Shown here: positions 18,633 to 30,029 of the stretch, one piece after another
Layout of the letters: each line of letters opens with the position of its first letter
Numbering within the stretch: the stretch's first letter is position 1
Assembly (NCBI GenBank): GCA_964291235.2
Contig: OZ219816.1
Location: forward strand, 1,664,001-1,728,000
Direction of reading: 5' to 3'
Origin: Vicinamibacteria bacterium
GTDB lineage: Bacteria > Acidobacteriota > Vicinamibacteria > Marinacidobacterales > Marinacidobacteraceae
DNA length: 64,000 bases
Translations under genes and position numbers: made by a program
Notes under the pieces: generated by a model
What the model was told of the DNA's origin: nothing
Seen by the model: the letters and a program-made list of their open reading frames with translations, nothing else
Databases searched by the model: none

Positions 18633-20810
18633 ATGCATGTTCCCGAACCCTGCCACTTCCGCAACTGGCTCCGGCAGACGCGCCGCAGCCTCCCGGCCGC
18701 CTTCCTGGTCCCTGCCCTCGCCGCCTGCGGCGGCGGCTACGACTACCCGGATACGCGCAAAGACGACCTTTCGGAGGAACTTCACGGCGTGACCGTCGAG
18801 GACCCGTACCGCTGGCTGGAGGACGACCAGGCGACCGAGGTACTGGAATGGGTGGATGCCCAGAACGAGGTCACCTTCGAACACCTCCGGTCGCTGCCGG
18901 AGCGCGAGGCGATCCGGACGCGCCTCCTCGAACTCCAGGACCACGCCCGCCAGAGCGCCCCGTTCCGTTTCGGTGAGCAGTGGTTCGTCCGCGCGAACGA
19001 CGGGCTCCAGAATCAGGACGTCCTCTATCGGATCGAATCGCCGGGCGAGGACCCGACCGGCTGGGAGGTGCTCCTCGATCCGAACGAGCTCTCCGAGGAC
19101 GGCACCACGAGCGTGGGCATGACGGCGTTCACCGAGGACGGCGCGCTGCTGGCCTACGGGCTCGCGGAAGCGGGCTCCGACTGGCGGGAGTTCCACGTGA
19201 TGGAGGTCGGGAGCGGCGAGAAGCTCGACGACCACCTGCGCTGGATCAAGTACTCGGAGGCTGCCTGGACCCATGACAACGGGGGCTTCTTCTACAGCCG
19301 CTACCCCGAGCCGGACCCCGACGCCGTGCAGGGCGGCATCAACCAGAACATGACCGTCTGGTACCACGCGCTCGGCACCGCCCAGGATGCCGACACGCTG
19401 ATCTACGCAAGCCCCGAGTTTCCGGACCGCCTGGCGGGCGCGCACGTTTCCGACGATGGCCGCTACGCGGTGTTCTCGATCAGCGAGGGCGTTAACCAGC
19501 GGAACGGCATCCACATCCTGGACCTGGGGCGGGCCGAAAGCCCCAGCTTCGACGGAGAGATCGTCCCCGTTCTGGACGAATTCGATGCTTACTACGGCTT
19601 CCTCGGAAACGACGGACCGCGCTTTTATTTCCTGACCGACAACGACGCACCGCGCTACCGCGTGGTCGCCATCAACATCCAGCGACCGGATCCCGCGAAC
19701 TGGCTGGAGGTCGTGCCCGAGAGCGAGGACACCCTTCTCACCGCGCGCATGGTCGGAGACCGTTTCATCCTGGGCTATCTCGACGACGCCAAGAGCCGCC
19801 TCGCCGTCCACACCATGGACGGCGCCTTCGAACGAGAGGTGCCACTACCCGGGATCGGCTCGGTCGGACAACTGAGCGGGACCCGTAAGGACGACGTCCT
19901 CCACTTCACCTTCGCCTCGTTCCTCTTCCCGCCGTCGGTTTACCGCTACGACCTCACCTCCGGGGAGACGGAGCCGCACTGGACGCCGGAGGTTCCGTTC
20001 GATTTCGACCAGTACGAGACGAACCAGGTGTTCTTCGCGTCCTTGGACGGCACCCAGATCCCCATGTTCCTGACACACCGGAAGGACATGATGCGGGACG
20101 GCGATAACCCCACCCTGCTCTACGGCTATGGCGGGTTCAACATCAGCCTGCCCCCGAGCTTCAATCCGTCGAATCTCGTGTTCCTCGAACGCGGCGGGGT
20201 CTACGTACAGGTCAACCTGCGGGGCGGCGGCGAGTACGGCGAGAGCTGGCACCGGGCGGGGATGCTGGAGAACAAGCAAAACGTCTTCGACGACTTCATC
20301 GCCGCCGCGGAGTTCCTGATCCACGATTCGGTCACCCAGCCGGCCCGGCTCGCCATCGCCGGCGGCTCGAACGGCGGGCTGCTCGTCGGAGCGGTGCTGA
20401 ACCAGCGGCCCGAGCTCTTCGGGGCGGCGCTCCCCGCGGTCGGGGTAATGGACATGCTCCGGTTCCACAAATTCACGATCGGGTGGGCCTGGACCTCGGA
20501 TTACGGCAGCCCCGACGACCCGGAGATGTTCGGGGTGCTGCGGGCCTACTCGCCGTACCACAACGTCGCGCCGAGCGAGGACTTCCCGCCGACGCTCGTG
20601 ACCACCGCGGACCACGACGACCGGGTGGCGCCGGGGCACTCCTTCAAGTACGCGGCGCGCATCCAGGACGTCCACGGGGACGGTCCGAATCCCGTCTTCA
20701 TCCGCATTCAGAAGAGCGCCGGGCACGGCGGCGGGATGCCGGTGTCCATGAGGGTGGAGCTCGAGGCCGACCGCTGGGCCTTCCTCCTCCACCACCTCGG
20801 CGTGGGCTAG
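18633..20810 (+). CDS. Prolyl oligopeptidase (S9A), lipoprotein
   Basis: LAAC lipobox; DPYRWLE, YGYGGF, GGSNGGLL, DDRV, AGHG. Confidence 0.95.
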   Translation: MHVPEPCHFRNWLRQTRRSLPAAFLVPALAACGGGYDYPDTRKDDLSEELHGVTVEDPYRWLEDDQATEVLEWVDAQNEVTFEHLRSLPEREAIRTRLLELQDHARQSAPFRFGEQWFVRANDGLQNQDVLYRIESPGEDPTGWEVLLDPNELSEDGTTSVGMTAFTEDGALLAYGLAEAGSDWREFHVMEVGSGEKLDDHLRWIKYSEAAWTHDNGGFFYSRYPEPDPDAVQGGINQNMTVWYHALGTAQDADTLIYASPEFPDRLAGAHVSDDGRYAVFSISEGVNQRNGIHILDLGRAESPSFDGEIVPVLDEFDAYYGFLGNDGPRFYFLTDNDAPRYRVVAINIQRPDPANWLEVVPESEDTLLTARMVGDRFILGYLDDAKSRLAVHTMDGAFEREVPLPGIGSVGQLSGTRKDDVLHFTFASFLFPPSVYRYDLTSGETEPHWTPEVPFDFDQYETNQVFFASLDGTQIPMFLTHRKDMMRDGDNPTLLYGYGGFNISLPPSFNPSNLVFLERGGVYVQVNLRGGGEYGESWHRAGMLENKQNVFDDFIAAAEFLIHDSVTQPARLAIAGGSNGGLLVGAVLNQRPELFGAALPAVGVMDMLRFHKFTIGWAWTSDYGSPDDPEMFGVLRAYSPYHNVAPSEDFPPTLVTTADHDDRVAPGHSFKYAARIQDVHGDGPNPVFIRIQKSAGHGGGMPVSMRVELEADRWAFLLHHLGVG

Positions 20811-20815
20811 CAGCA

Positions 20816-21592
20816 ATGATCCTGCGCCTCCAGCACATCGGCACCGCCCACCGGAGCCACGCTTCGGCCGCGGAACGCCTCCGCCAGGTGGGGCTCGAAC
20901 CATCCGAACTCCGTACCGACCAGGGGCGCGGGTTCCAGCTCGACTCCCGCAAGCTCCTCGGCAACGAGTGCTGGCTGCACGTGGTCCACAACTGGAACCC
21001 CGAAGCGCGGGTGTGCCGTTACCTCCGCACGGTTGGCGAGGGACTCGAACACATCGCCATCGAGACTGACGACATCGAGGGCGCAGTGGCCCGGGTGAAG
21101 GAAACCGCCCCCATCTTCGAAGATCGGATCTTCCACGCCGCGGACGGCTTCGAAGCGTTCGTCTATCCCGGCGACGCCTGCGGCTTCACCGTGGAACTGA
21201 TCCAGCCGCACGCCTCAAGCTGGAACTGGCCCGCCCCACCGCCGGAGCGCGTCAGTCCCACCCTCTCCGTCACCCGGCTGGCGGAGGTGGTCGCGGGGGC
21301 CGCGGATCCCGAGGCGGCGGGACGGCGGTTCGAAGAACTCTTCGGTGTCGGGTTCGAAAACGGCGGCGCCAGCGTCGCCGTCCCCTTCGGGAACGGCTGC
21401 GCGCTTCGCTTCCGGCGCGGCGCTCCGGGACTCGGCGCGCTGGTGCTCGAGACCACCGATCCCGCAGGCGACCTCCGGGCGCTCGAGGCCGGCGGGACGC
21501 CGGTTGCAGCCGGAAAACGGCCCGGAGAGCTCCGGATTCCGGCCTCGGTGGCCGGTTTCGAAATCGTGCTTCGTGGGTCGAACCACGCCTGA
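20816..21592 (+). CDS. VOC/glyoxalase family protein (methylmalonyl-CoA epimerase-like)
   Basis: LQHIG, GEGLEHIAIETDDI, FVYP...VELIQP. Confidence 0.7.
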   Translation: MILRLQHIGTAHRSHASAAERLRQVGLEPSELRTDQGRGFQLDSRKLLGNECWLHVVHNWNPEARVCRYLRTVGEGLEHIAIETDDIEGAVARVKETAPIFEDRIFHAADGFEAFVYPGDACGFTVELIQPHASSWNWPAPPPERVSPTLSVTRLAEVVAGAADPEAAGRRFEELFGVGFENGGASVAVPFGNGCALRFRRGAPGLGALVLETTDPAGDLRALEAGGTPVAAGKRPGELRIPASVAGFEIVLRGSNHA

Positions 21593-21599
21593 GCCAGAA

Positions 21600-21679
21600 T
21601 CAGAGTCTTTTCGACTCAGATTTATGTAGTAAACAGCGGCTAAAAAGAACTTGACAATTACGTCGTCCGCGCATATTCT
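21600..21679 (+). promoter_or_regulatory. groESL sigma-70 promoter with upstream HAIR-like inverted repeat
   Basis: TTGACA(21651)-N17-TATTCT(21674); TCAGAGT-N7-ACTCAGA at 21600-21620. Confidence 0.7.
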
Positions 21680-21835
21680 TCCCGCTGTCCGGCGCTCTTG
21701 AAGGCGCCGCCGGCCAGCCAACCGGCTGACCGGCGAGAAACGGCCCGAGGCCCTGAAGCCCGGTCGACCGGACACATCGCAACCCCAGTCATGGATGCCG
21801 CGTGGCGTCCATCCAGAACGAGGAGATACGTTCCG

Positions 21836-22123
21836 ATGAAGTTCAAGCCTCTGAGGGAGAACGTCCTGCTTCGCCGTCTCGAGGCGGCCGAAGAGAAGAT
21901 CGGCTCCATCATCGTCCCTGACACCGCCAAGGAAAAACCGATGACCGCCGAAGTGATCGCGGTGGGCGCCGGCAAGGTGCTGAAGGATGGCGAACGCCAG
22001 GCTCCCGAAGTGAAGCCCGGCCAGCACGTCCTGATCGGCAAGTACTCCGGCTCCGAAGTCAAGCTCGACAACGACGACTTCATCATCGTCCGCGAGGACG
22101 AGATCCTGGGCATCGTCGAGTAG
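21836..22123 (+). CDS. groES: Co-chaperonin GroES
   Basis: MKFKPL..., IIVPDTAKEKP, GKYSGSEVK, REDEILGIVE; RBS AGGAG. Confidence 0.97.
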   Translation: MKFKPLRENVLLRRLEAAEEKIGSIIVPDTAKEKPMTAEVIAVGAGKVLKDGERQAPEVKPGQHVLIGKYSGSEVKLDNDDFIIVREDEILGIVE

Positions 22124-23806
<1,683 letters not shown>

Positions 23807-23827
23807 TCCAGGCTCCCTCTCACCCCT

Positions 23828-23861
23828 GGGCGTCGGCGCTCGCGCGCCGGCGCCCTTTTTT
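23828..23861 (+). terminator. Rho-independent terminator of groESL
   Basis: GGGCGTCGGCGC-TCGC-GCGCCGGCGCCC followed by TTTTTT. Confidence 0.85.
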
Positions 23862-23929
23862 CGTGTGGGAGGGTTGCTATGACCACGCGGTTTCCGCTTA
23901 CGCCGAGAGGCTGCGTGGCGCAGAGACCT

Positions 23930-24168
23930 GGAGCGCCGACCTCTAGCCAGTTCTTCCGGTGGGGGCCGGCATCGCGGCCGCAGGCCGCGTAACTCCCAGA
24001 TCTGATCACCCCCGACGACGGCGACCCAAACGAGGATGGCGCGACGGTTTTACGTCTGCACGAGCGATGCTGCGCCGCGCCGCTGGGCTGCGGCACCATC
24101 CTGAACGATCAGGACAGGGAGTTTCGCCTCGCTCTGCTCGGCGATGCCAGCCTGGAGGCTGGCGCTCC
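23930..24168. repeat. Family A REPIN/MITE-like element (inverted copy of 4884-5101)
   Basis: Reverse complement aligns along its length with 4884-5101. Confidence 0.75.
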
Positions 24169-24224
24169 TACTGCTCTTCGAGACGACGCGGACGGCCACT
24201 CCCGCCGCCTCCCTGGGAACCCGA

Positions 24225-25172
24225 TCAGAAGTAGTGCTTGAGCACCAGCGCGACTTCCCGGTATCCGAGGCCGCCGAGGCCGATGTCCACCCCGAACGGA
24301 GTCACCCCGTCGGCCTGGACCGGCGCGTGGCTGCGGATCAGGTCGTACTCCGTGGTGGTGGTGAGTTCCCCGAATCGGCCCCAGCGAACCTTGATCCCTA
24401 TCAACGCCTCGCCCAGATTCATATCGACCCCGACGATGAACTGGTATCCCGGGACCCAGCCGTCCATCTCGGCATTGAGCAGGCTGGCGGTTCCCGCGGC
24501 CGCGCGCTTGGCTTCCTCCGGCCAGTCGGGAACGAACTCGATGGCGAGGTAGTCCGGCTCCGGTTTGCGGACCCAGCTCGCTGCGTAGTGGGCCTCGACC
24601 TGCGCCAACCCGAACCCGAACCCCGCGTAGGGAGTCCACCGCGTCCGGTTCTCGTAGTCGTAGTAGAGGTTCAGGAAGATCTCTTCGGACTTGACGTCGG
24701 AGAGCGTCTCCTCCGGGGCCACCGCCCATTCGCCGTTCTTGCCGGTCACGGCTTCATCGCCGCCGGCCAGGTTGATCGGACGGGTGTCCCGTCCGTGACC
24801 ACGTAACCGGAAATCCAGCTCGGCGCGAAACGCGCCGATCGTGACGCCGACGGTCGAGCCATAGCCGAATCCGGTCCCCACGTCGAAAGAGTTCGTGAGT
24901 GAGGCGGTCGCTTCGCGGGCTCTGCAGGCGGCATCGTTCGGCGGCGTCAGTCCCGGGGGATAGAGGAGCGTGTCGCACCGCGTCGGGTGGTTCAGGAACG
25001 TCTGGGAGGATGTCGCCATCTGTGCCCGGGGACCACCCTCTTCGAACCCGATGTAGAGGCGTTGGGCCCCCGCGTCAGCGGCGGCGGCGAGCAGTGCCGC
25101 GCCCACCAGGATGCTGGCGGCGGCAGGCCGGCCCAAGAGGAATTGCAACGCCGGGCTGGTTGTTTGGTCCAT
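24225..25172 (-). CDS. Outer membrane beta-barrel protein (opacity/porin-like)
   Basis: Signal peptide; FRAELDF, FLNLYYDY, TPYAGFGFGLA; C-terminal Phe. Confidence 0.75.
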   Translation of the reverse strand: MDQTTSPALQFLLGRPAAASILVGAALLAAAADAGAQRLYIGFEEGGPRAQMATSSQTFLNHPTRCDTLLYPPGLTPPNDAACRAREATASLTNSFDVGTGFGYGSTVGVTIGAFRAELDFRLRGHGRDTRPINLAGGDEAVTGKNGEWAVAPEETLSDVKSEEIFLNLYYDYENRTRWTPYAGFGFGLAQVEAHYAASWVRKPEPDYLAIEFVPDWPEEAKRAAAGTASLLNAEMDGWVPGYQFIVGVDMNLGEALIGIKVRWGRFGELTTTTEYDLIRSHAPVQADGVTPFGVDIGLGGLGYREVALVLKHYF

Positions 25173-25403
25173 GGAACCTCTCAGCCTCCAATACGCGGCG
25201 GGAGCCAGCCCTATTACAGCGGCGCGTAGCGCCGCGGGCGGTTCCTCGCCGCTCGCGCTCACGGGGTCCCCTCAGAGAGGGAGCCATGGTGACGCTGGGG
25301 AGTCCGGCCCGCCGCCCCGCTTTGCGGGGCTGTGCCGGCCTGGAGGCCGGCGTTCCCGTGCCCGTGCGCCGCTGGGGCTGCTGGGCGGGGCGGCTCGACC
25401 GAC

Positions 25404-26222
25404 CTACCTGGCCCGGTACGCGATCACGTTGTGGGCGGGCAGCGTGAGGCGGCTCTCGATAACGCCACCGGCGCCTTGGATGCGGTCGGCAAGCTCCGGA
25501 ACTGTCATCAACTCCCGATACCCGGTGTTCAGTTCGTCCGCGAAGGCGCGGTAGAAGAGGCGCACCGCGAGCCGGTCGCGGGGACAACTGCAGATCTGGA
25601 GTCCGCCGGGGTTCAGGAACCGCCGGAAGTGCGCGATGAGCCTCGCCTTGCCCGGGTCGTCGAAATGCTCGATCAGGCCCCAGTCGATCCCGATGTCGAA
25701 TCGTCCGTCGGGGACGACGTCGAAGAAGTTCCGCCGCAGGTAGATCCACCGGTCGAGATCGCGCTCCACGACGATCTCGCGCGCTCCCGATCCGCGCGGC
25801 GCCCGGACGCGCACCCGCCGTGGCGCCCGCTGGAATCGTTCGTACGCCGCCGGGTCTTCATCGATCAGCACGACCTCGCCTCCCGCGCCGAAAAGCGCCT
25901 GGAGGATCGCGGCCTCCCAGCCCGCCTCGGCGCCGAAGAACACGATGCTCGGGTCGCGCGGAACACGAAGTAGGGAGAGGGCCCTCAGCTTCCCGGCAAA
26001 GTCATGGACCGCATCCCGCCGCTGCTGGGCGCACGCCAGCGCGAGGCGCAGGAGGCGCATCCCCGCCGGGCCGCGGTAGCCCCGGTTGATCTCCCGCCAG
26101 GGCGTCATCAGGAACCGTTCGAAGTTGGCGTTGAAGAGCGCCCAGTCCATCGCTCCCGAGCGCTCGGGGTCCCGCACCCGCACCGGATCGAAGCCGCGCG
26201 CCAACGGCAGGGTCACATGCAT
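25404..26222 (-). CDS. Class I SAM-dependent methyltransferase-like protein
   Basis: FFGAEAG motif-I-like, FDIGIDWGLIEHF, FLNPGG; start uncertain. Confidence 0.7.
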   Translation of the reverse strand: MHVTLPLARGFDPVRVRDPERSGAMDWALFNANFERFLMTPWREINRGYRGPAGMRLLRLALACAQQRRDAVHDFAGKLRALSLLRVPRDPSIVFFGAEAGWEAAILQALFGAGGEVVLIDEDPAAYERFQRAPRRVRVRAPRGSGAREIVVERDLDRWIYLRRNFFDVVPDGRFDIGIDWGLIEHFDDPGKARLIAHFRRFLNPGGLQICSCPRDRLAVRLFYRAFADELNTGYRELMTVPELADRIQGAGGVIESRLTLPAHNVIAYRAR

Positions 26223-26244
26223 GAAGGTTCACTCCGCAAGGAAT

Positions 26245-27273
26245 ATGCTCACCATGTCCATGCTGTCCCCGCGCCGGAAAACCCTAACGGCCTCCGGCAT
26301 CCTCGCGCTCGGGCTGACGGGGGCGGCGCTCGGGGCGGGCGGTTGCGGCGCCGCCCCGGCCCCTTCTCCGGCCGAAATCGGCCAACAGATCGCCGACGCG
26401 ATCCAAGGCGTCGATGCCGCCGGATTCACGAACCTCGGGTTGAGCGCCTGGATCGGCCCGGGGAGCGGAGACGCACTCTACGAGGCCTCCGCGGATGTCC
26501 CCCGCCCCGCCGCCAGTGCGATCAAGACCTCCTACCTCGTGGAGTTCTTCTCCGACCGGGCGGAGCGCCTCGATGAGGCCGTCCCCGGGGCCGCCGAAGT
26601 CGTCGGCAACCCGGAGCACCCGGCCATTGTCCACTTCGACCCGGAGGTCCAGGCCGAGATCCGGGAGCACCTGGAAACCGCCACCGCGAGAACCGTCGGC
26701 CGCCACATGATCCGGGGCACCGGAGTTTCGAACCCGGTGTACAACGCGGCCGCGAACCTGGTCACCGCGTTCCTCGGCGGACCGCCCGAGCTGACTGCCC
26801 GGGTCCACGCCCGCCATCCGGACTTTGGCGGGATCGAGTCCCGGCGCTACATGCTCGCGGCGCGCGACGTGACCGGCGACAACGAGGCCACCGCGGCCTC
26901 GCTGGCGGCCGTGCTTTCCGCCGTCGCGCGGGGCGACGTCCCGGGCCTTTCTCCCGAAGCCCACGAGGCGATGCGCGACATCCTGTTCCTGGAGGAAACG
27001 GAGGAAGGCCGGCACTTCTACAAGGGCGGCTCGCTCAACTCGAATCCCATCACCCGAGTGCTGTCCGGCTACTGGCAAAACCCCGGGGAACCTCCGGGCC
27101 GCGAGCTCGTTTATGCCTTCATGGCCCAGATTCCGGGACCCGGAAGCGTCGCTCCCGGCGATCTCGAAGCCGGCGATGCCGGCCGGCGGCTTCAGGACTA
27201 CCTCGATGCGCTGCGGGCGGCCGCCCTCCCCGTCGCCCGCGCATGGATGAACGACGAGGACGCGTCCCGGTGA
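26245..27273 (+). CDS. Serine beta-lactamase/PBP-like hydrolase, lipoprotein
   Basis: AGGC lipobox-like; PAASAIK (SxxK); DNEATAA; YKGGS (KTG-like). Confidence 0.7.
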   Translation: MLTMSMLSPRRKTLTASGILALGLTGAALGAGGCGAAPAPSPAEIGQQIADAIQGVDAAGFTNLGLSAWIGPGSGDALYEASADVPRPAASAIKTSYLVEFFSDRAERLDEAVPGAAEVVGNPEHPAIVHFDPEVQAEIREHLETATARTVGRHMIRGTGVSNPVYNAAANLVTAFLGGPPELTARVHARHPDFGGIESRRYMLAARDVTGDNEATAASLAAVLSAVARGDVPGLSPEAHEAMRDILFLEETEEGRHFYKGGSLNSNPITRVLSGYWQNPGEPPGRELVYAFMAQIPGPGSVAPGDLEAGDAGRRLQDYLDALRAAALPVARAWMNDEDASR

Positions 27274-28553
27274 AGCAGCTCACCCTCCTCGCCGTCCTGT
27301 TGTTGACCGCCCCTGCCGCGCACGGTGAGGACTGGCCCCAGTGGCGCGGCCCGAACAGGGACGGCATCTCCGAGGAGACCGGACTTCTCCAGAGCTGGCC
27401 CGAGGGCGGCCCCCGTCTGGTTTTCCGCGCCGAGGGCCTCGGCGCCGGGTATTCGACAGTCTCGGTCGCGGGCGGGCGCGTTCACACGCTGGGAATGCTC
27501 TCGGGCCGCGAGTGGGTGATCACGCTCGATGCGGAAACCGGAGCCCAACTCTGGGCGACCCCGCACGGCGAGGGGTACCGGGACGGCCGCGGCGACGGCC
27601 CGCGGGGCGTCCCGACCGTGGTCGGGGGCCGGGTGTTCGCCCTGGGCGCGCAGGGCCAGCTCACCGCGCTCGACGCCGCGAACGGGCAGATCCTCTGGAC
27701 CGTCAACCTGCTGCAGCAGTTCGGGGGCCGGAACATCAGTTGGGGGATCAGCGAATCGCCCCTCGTGCAGGACGGCCGGGTGCTGGTGTCGCCGGGCGGC
27801 CGGAGAGTCGGCTTCGCCGCGCTGGACGCCGAGACCGGCGAACTCGTCTGGGGCGTCGAGGGCGACGAAGCCGGATACGCCTCCCCGCTGCCGCTGGACC
27901 TCCCGGGAGCCCCGCATATCGTCTTCTTCAGTGGCGAGCGCGCCGCGGGCATCCGGGCGGAAGACGGCGAGCTGCTGTGGAGCTACCGCCGCGCCTCGAA
28001 CCGGACCGCGAACATCGCCACCCCGATCCTGGTATCGAACCGCGGGAGCACGGCGGAAGTGTTCCTGTCGTCGGACTACGGGACCGGAGGCGCCCTTGTC
28101 GAACTGCGCACGGACGGCGCCGGCGGGGTGACCGCGGAGGAGAAGTACTTCACCCGGAACATGCGCGCCCACCACGCGACGCCGATCCTGCACGAGGGCG
28201 TGCTCTACGGGTTTTCCGGGTCCATCTTCAGCGCGCTCGACATCGAAACCGGGGCGTTGTTCTGGCGCGACCGCTCGATCCGCAAGGGCTCGCTCACCTT
28301 CGCGGACAATCGGATCTACGTGTTCAGCGAGCGCGGAGACGTCGCCCTCGTGGAACCCTCGCGCGCCGGCTACCAGGAACGCGGCCGCTTCGAACTCCGC
28401 CGGCGGGACCGTTCCGGGGAAAACACCTGGAGCCATCCGGTGGTCGCGAACGGCTTCCTCTACCTCCGCGACCAGGACGTGCTGCTCGCCTACGACGTGC
28501 GGGACAGACCGCAGGCGGCGCAAGCAGCACGGAGCGTCACCGCAAGCCCCTAA
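27270..28553 (+). CDS. PQQ-binding-like beta-propeller protein
   Basis: DWPQWRGPNRDG; repeated LDAxTGxxxW; WSHPVVANG.LYLRDQ. Confidence 0.9.
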   Translation: MKQLTLLAVLLLTAPAAHGEDWPQWRGPNRDGISEETGLLQSWPEGGPRLVFRAEGLGAGYSTVSVAGGRVHTLGMLSGREWVITLDAETGAQLWATPHGEGYRDGRGDGPRGVPTVVGGRVFALGAQGQLTALDAANGQILWTVNLLQQFGGRNISWGISESPLVQDGRVLVSPGGRRVGFAALDAETGELVWGVEGDEAGYASPLPLDLPGAPHIVFFSGERAAGIRAEDGELLWSYRRASNRTANIATPILVSNRGSTAEVFLSSDYGTGGALVELRTDGAGGVTAEEKYFTRNMRAHHATPILHEGVLYGFSGSIFSALDIETGALFWRDRSIRKGSLTFADNRIYVFSERGDVALVEPSRAGYQERGRFELRRRDRSGENTWSHPVVANGFLYLRDQDVLLAYDVRDRPQAAQAARSVTASP

Positions 28554-28585
28554 GAAAAGAGGCCGAAGCGGTACAGTAGCCATCC

Positions 28586-29173
28586 ATGGCTGCTGGCAAT
28601 CACTCCCCCGCATCCACACCTGACCCGGCCCCCACGGCTCCCGGAAGGGGACTGCTGGAGCGGGCCATCGCAGTCCTGAGCTTCCGGCCCGGCAGTTTCC
28701 GGTCGATCGCAGCCGCTCCCAGCACCTCGCAGAGCCTGATCGTGGCCCTGATCGGGTTTGCGCTCGCGGGAAGCGTCGGCACCTTGGCGCTGATGCTCAC
28801 CCTGGTCTACCCGATCGCCCTGCTGCTGGAGCTGGTGCTGAGCGGTTACATCTCCAGGTTTGTGGCCTCGATGGTGCTCGGCGAGGCGCGCGCCCAGAGT
28901 CTGCCGCCCTACCCGGACTGGGTTAGGGCCCACATGTTCACCGCCGCGCCCCTGGTGCTGGGGGTCGTGCCGCTCCTGGGCTTTGTCGCGATCCCCTACC
29001 AGTGGGTCCTCAAGGTTTTTTCGTTCAAGGACATGTCCGGTTGCTCAACCGGCGAGGGCGTGGTGATCCTGCTGGTCACATTCGTGCTGCCCTTCCTCGC
29101 CGGGATCATCGCTTCCGCCGTCTTCGGGGTCGGACTCCTGGGGCTTGTGGGAATCGGCGCACTCGCTTCGTAA
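28586..29173 (+). CDS. YIP1-like membrane protein
   Basis: Five hydrophobic segments; RPGSFRSIA N-terminal motif. Confidence 0.55.
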   Translation: MAAGNHSPASTPDPAPTAPGRGLLERAIAVLSFRPGSFRSIAAAPSTSQSLIVALIGFALAGSVGTLALMLTLVYPIALLLELVLSGYISRFVASMVLGEARAQSLPPYPDWVRAHMFTAAPLVLGVVPLLGFVAIPYQWVLKVFSFKDMSGCSTGEGVVILLVTFVLPFLAGIIASAVFGVGLLGLVGIGALAS

Positions 29174-29460
29174 CGCGGGCCTGCCGGCGACGCCTGCAGT
29201 CAGGCGCGCAGCGGGGATTCGGACCGCAATGACGGCTTGTCCTTGCCTCGGCGCCCCCGCCGGGAGGGGAACCATCCTGACGCCGGAGGTTCCATCCCGC
29301 CGCCCCCTCCCCGGCGGGCGGCACCGGATCGGACGCATCTTCACACCGACTTCTCCACAAGGTGCTCCGCAAGTGAGAAGAAACCGACCGAAAACTCGTC
29401 TATAGGGGAGAGGAGGCACCCGGCCTCTTTCCCGTTTTCGCCTCCACGAAGGGACTCCCC

Positions 29461-29964
29461 ATGACGCAATCCACACCGGACTCGCCCACCCCCGAAACCA
29501 CGAGCGCCCCGCCCCCGGCGGCGACCGACATCCCGCCTCCTGCGCCGGATGCCGGCAAGGCGAATCCGCCCGTCCCGAGCGCGCTCTTCCGCGCGCTCGT
29601 GGACGCCGGCGCGGACGCGGAGCTCGCCTATACTGCGGATCGCCAAGCTGGCACCATGATCGAGAGCATCCTCGCCGCGCAGTTGCAGCCGCTCGCAGCC
29701 CGGATGGACCGCCTATTCGACGCGCAGGAACGCCGGTTCGACGCGCAGTTGCAGCCGCTCGCAGCCCGGATGGACCACCTATTCGACGAGCAGAATCGCC
29801 GGTTCGACGAGCAGGACCGCCGGTTCGACGAGCAGGCACGAAAGCTCGCCGAACACGATCGGAAGCTGGATGTGCTCGCCGCGCAGATGCGTCTGCTGCT
29901 GGGCGGTTTCGGCCTCCTGATCACGGCCCTCATCGCGGTCTTCGGCATCCTGTTCGCCCGCTGA
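29461..29964 (+). CDS. Coiled-coil protein with C-terminal TM (DUF1640/BDR-like) and internal repeats
   Basis: ALVDAGADAELA; AQLQPLAARMD x2; RFDEQ heptads; hydrophobic C-terminus. Confidence 0.7.
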   Translation: MTQSTPDSPTPETTSAPPPAATDIPPPAPDAGKANPPVPSALFRALVDAGADAELAYTADRQAGTMIESILAAQLQPLAARMDRLFDAQERRFDAQLQPLAARMDHLFDEQNRRFDEQDRRFDEQARKLAEHDRKLDVLAAQMRLLLGGFGLLITALIAVFGILFAR

Positions 29965-30029
29965 ACGCATCCCCGCTTCCGGTTGTGCCGGTTCGGAGGC
30001 CGGCGCTCCCTTTGAAAGCCGGGCTGAAT

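Noticed and set aside
21593-21835. CIRCE element
   Set aside because: No TTAGCACTC-N9-GAGTGCTAA match
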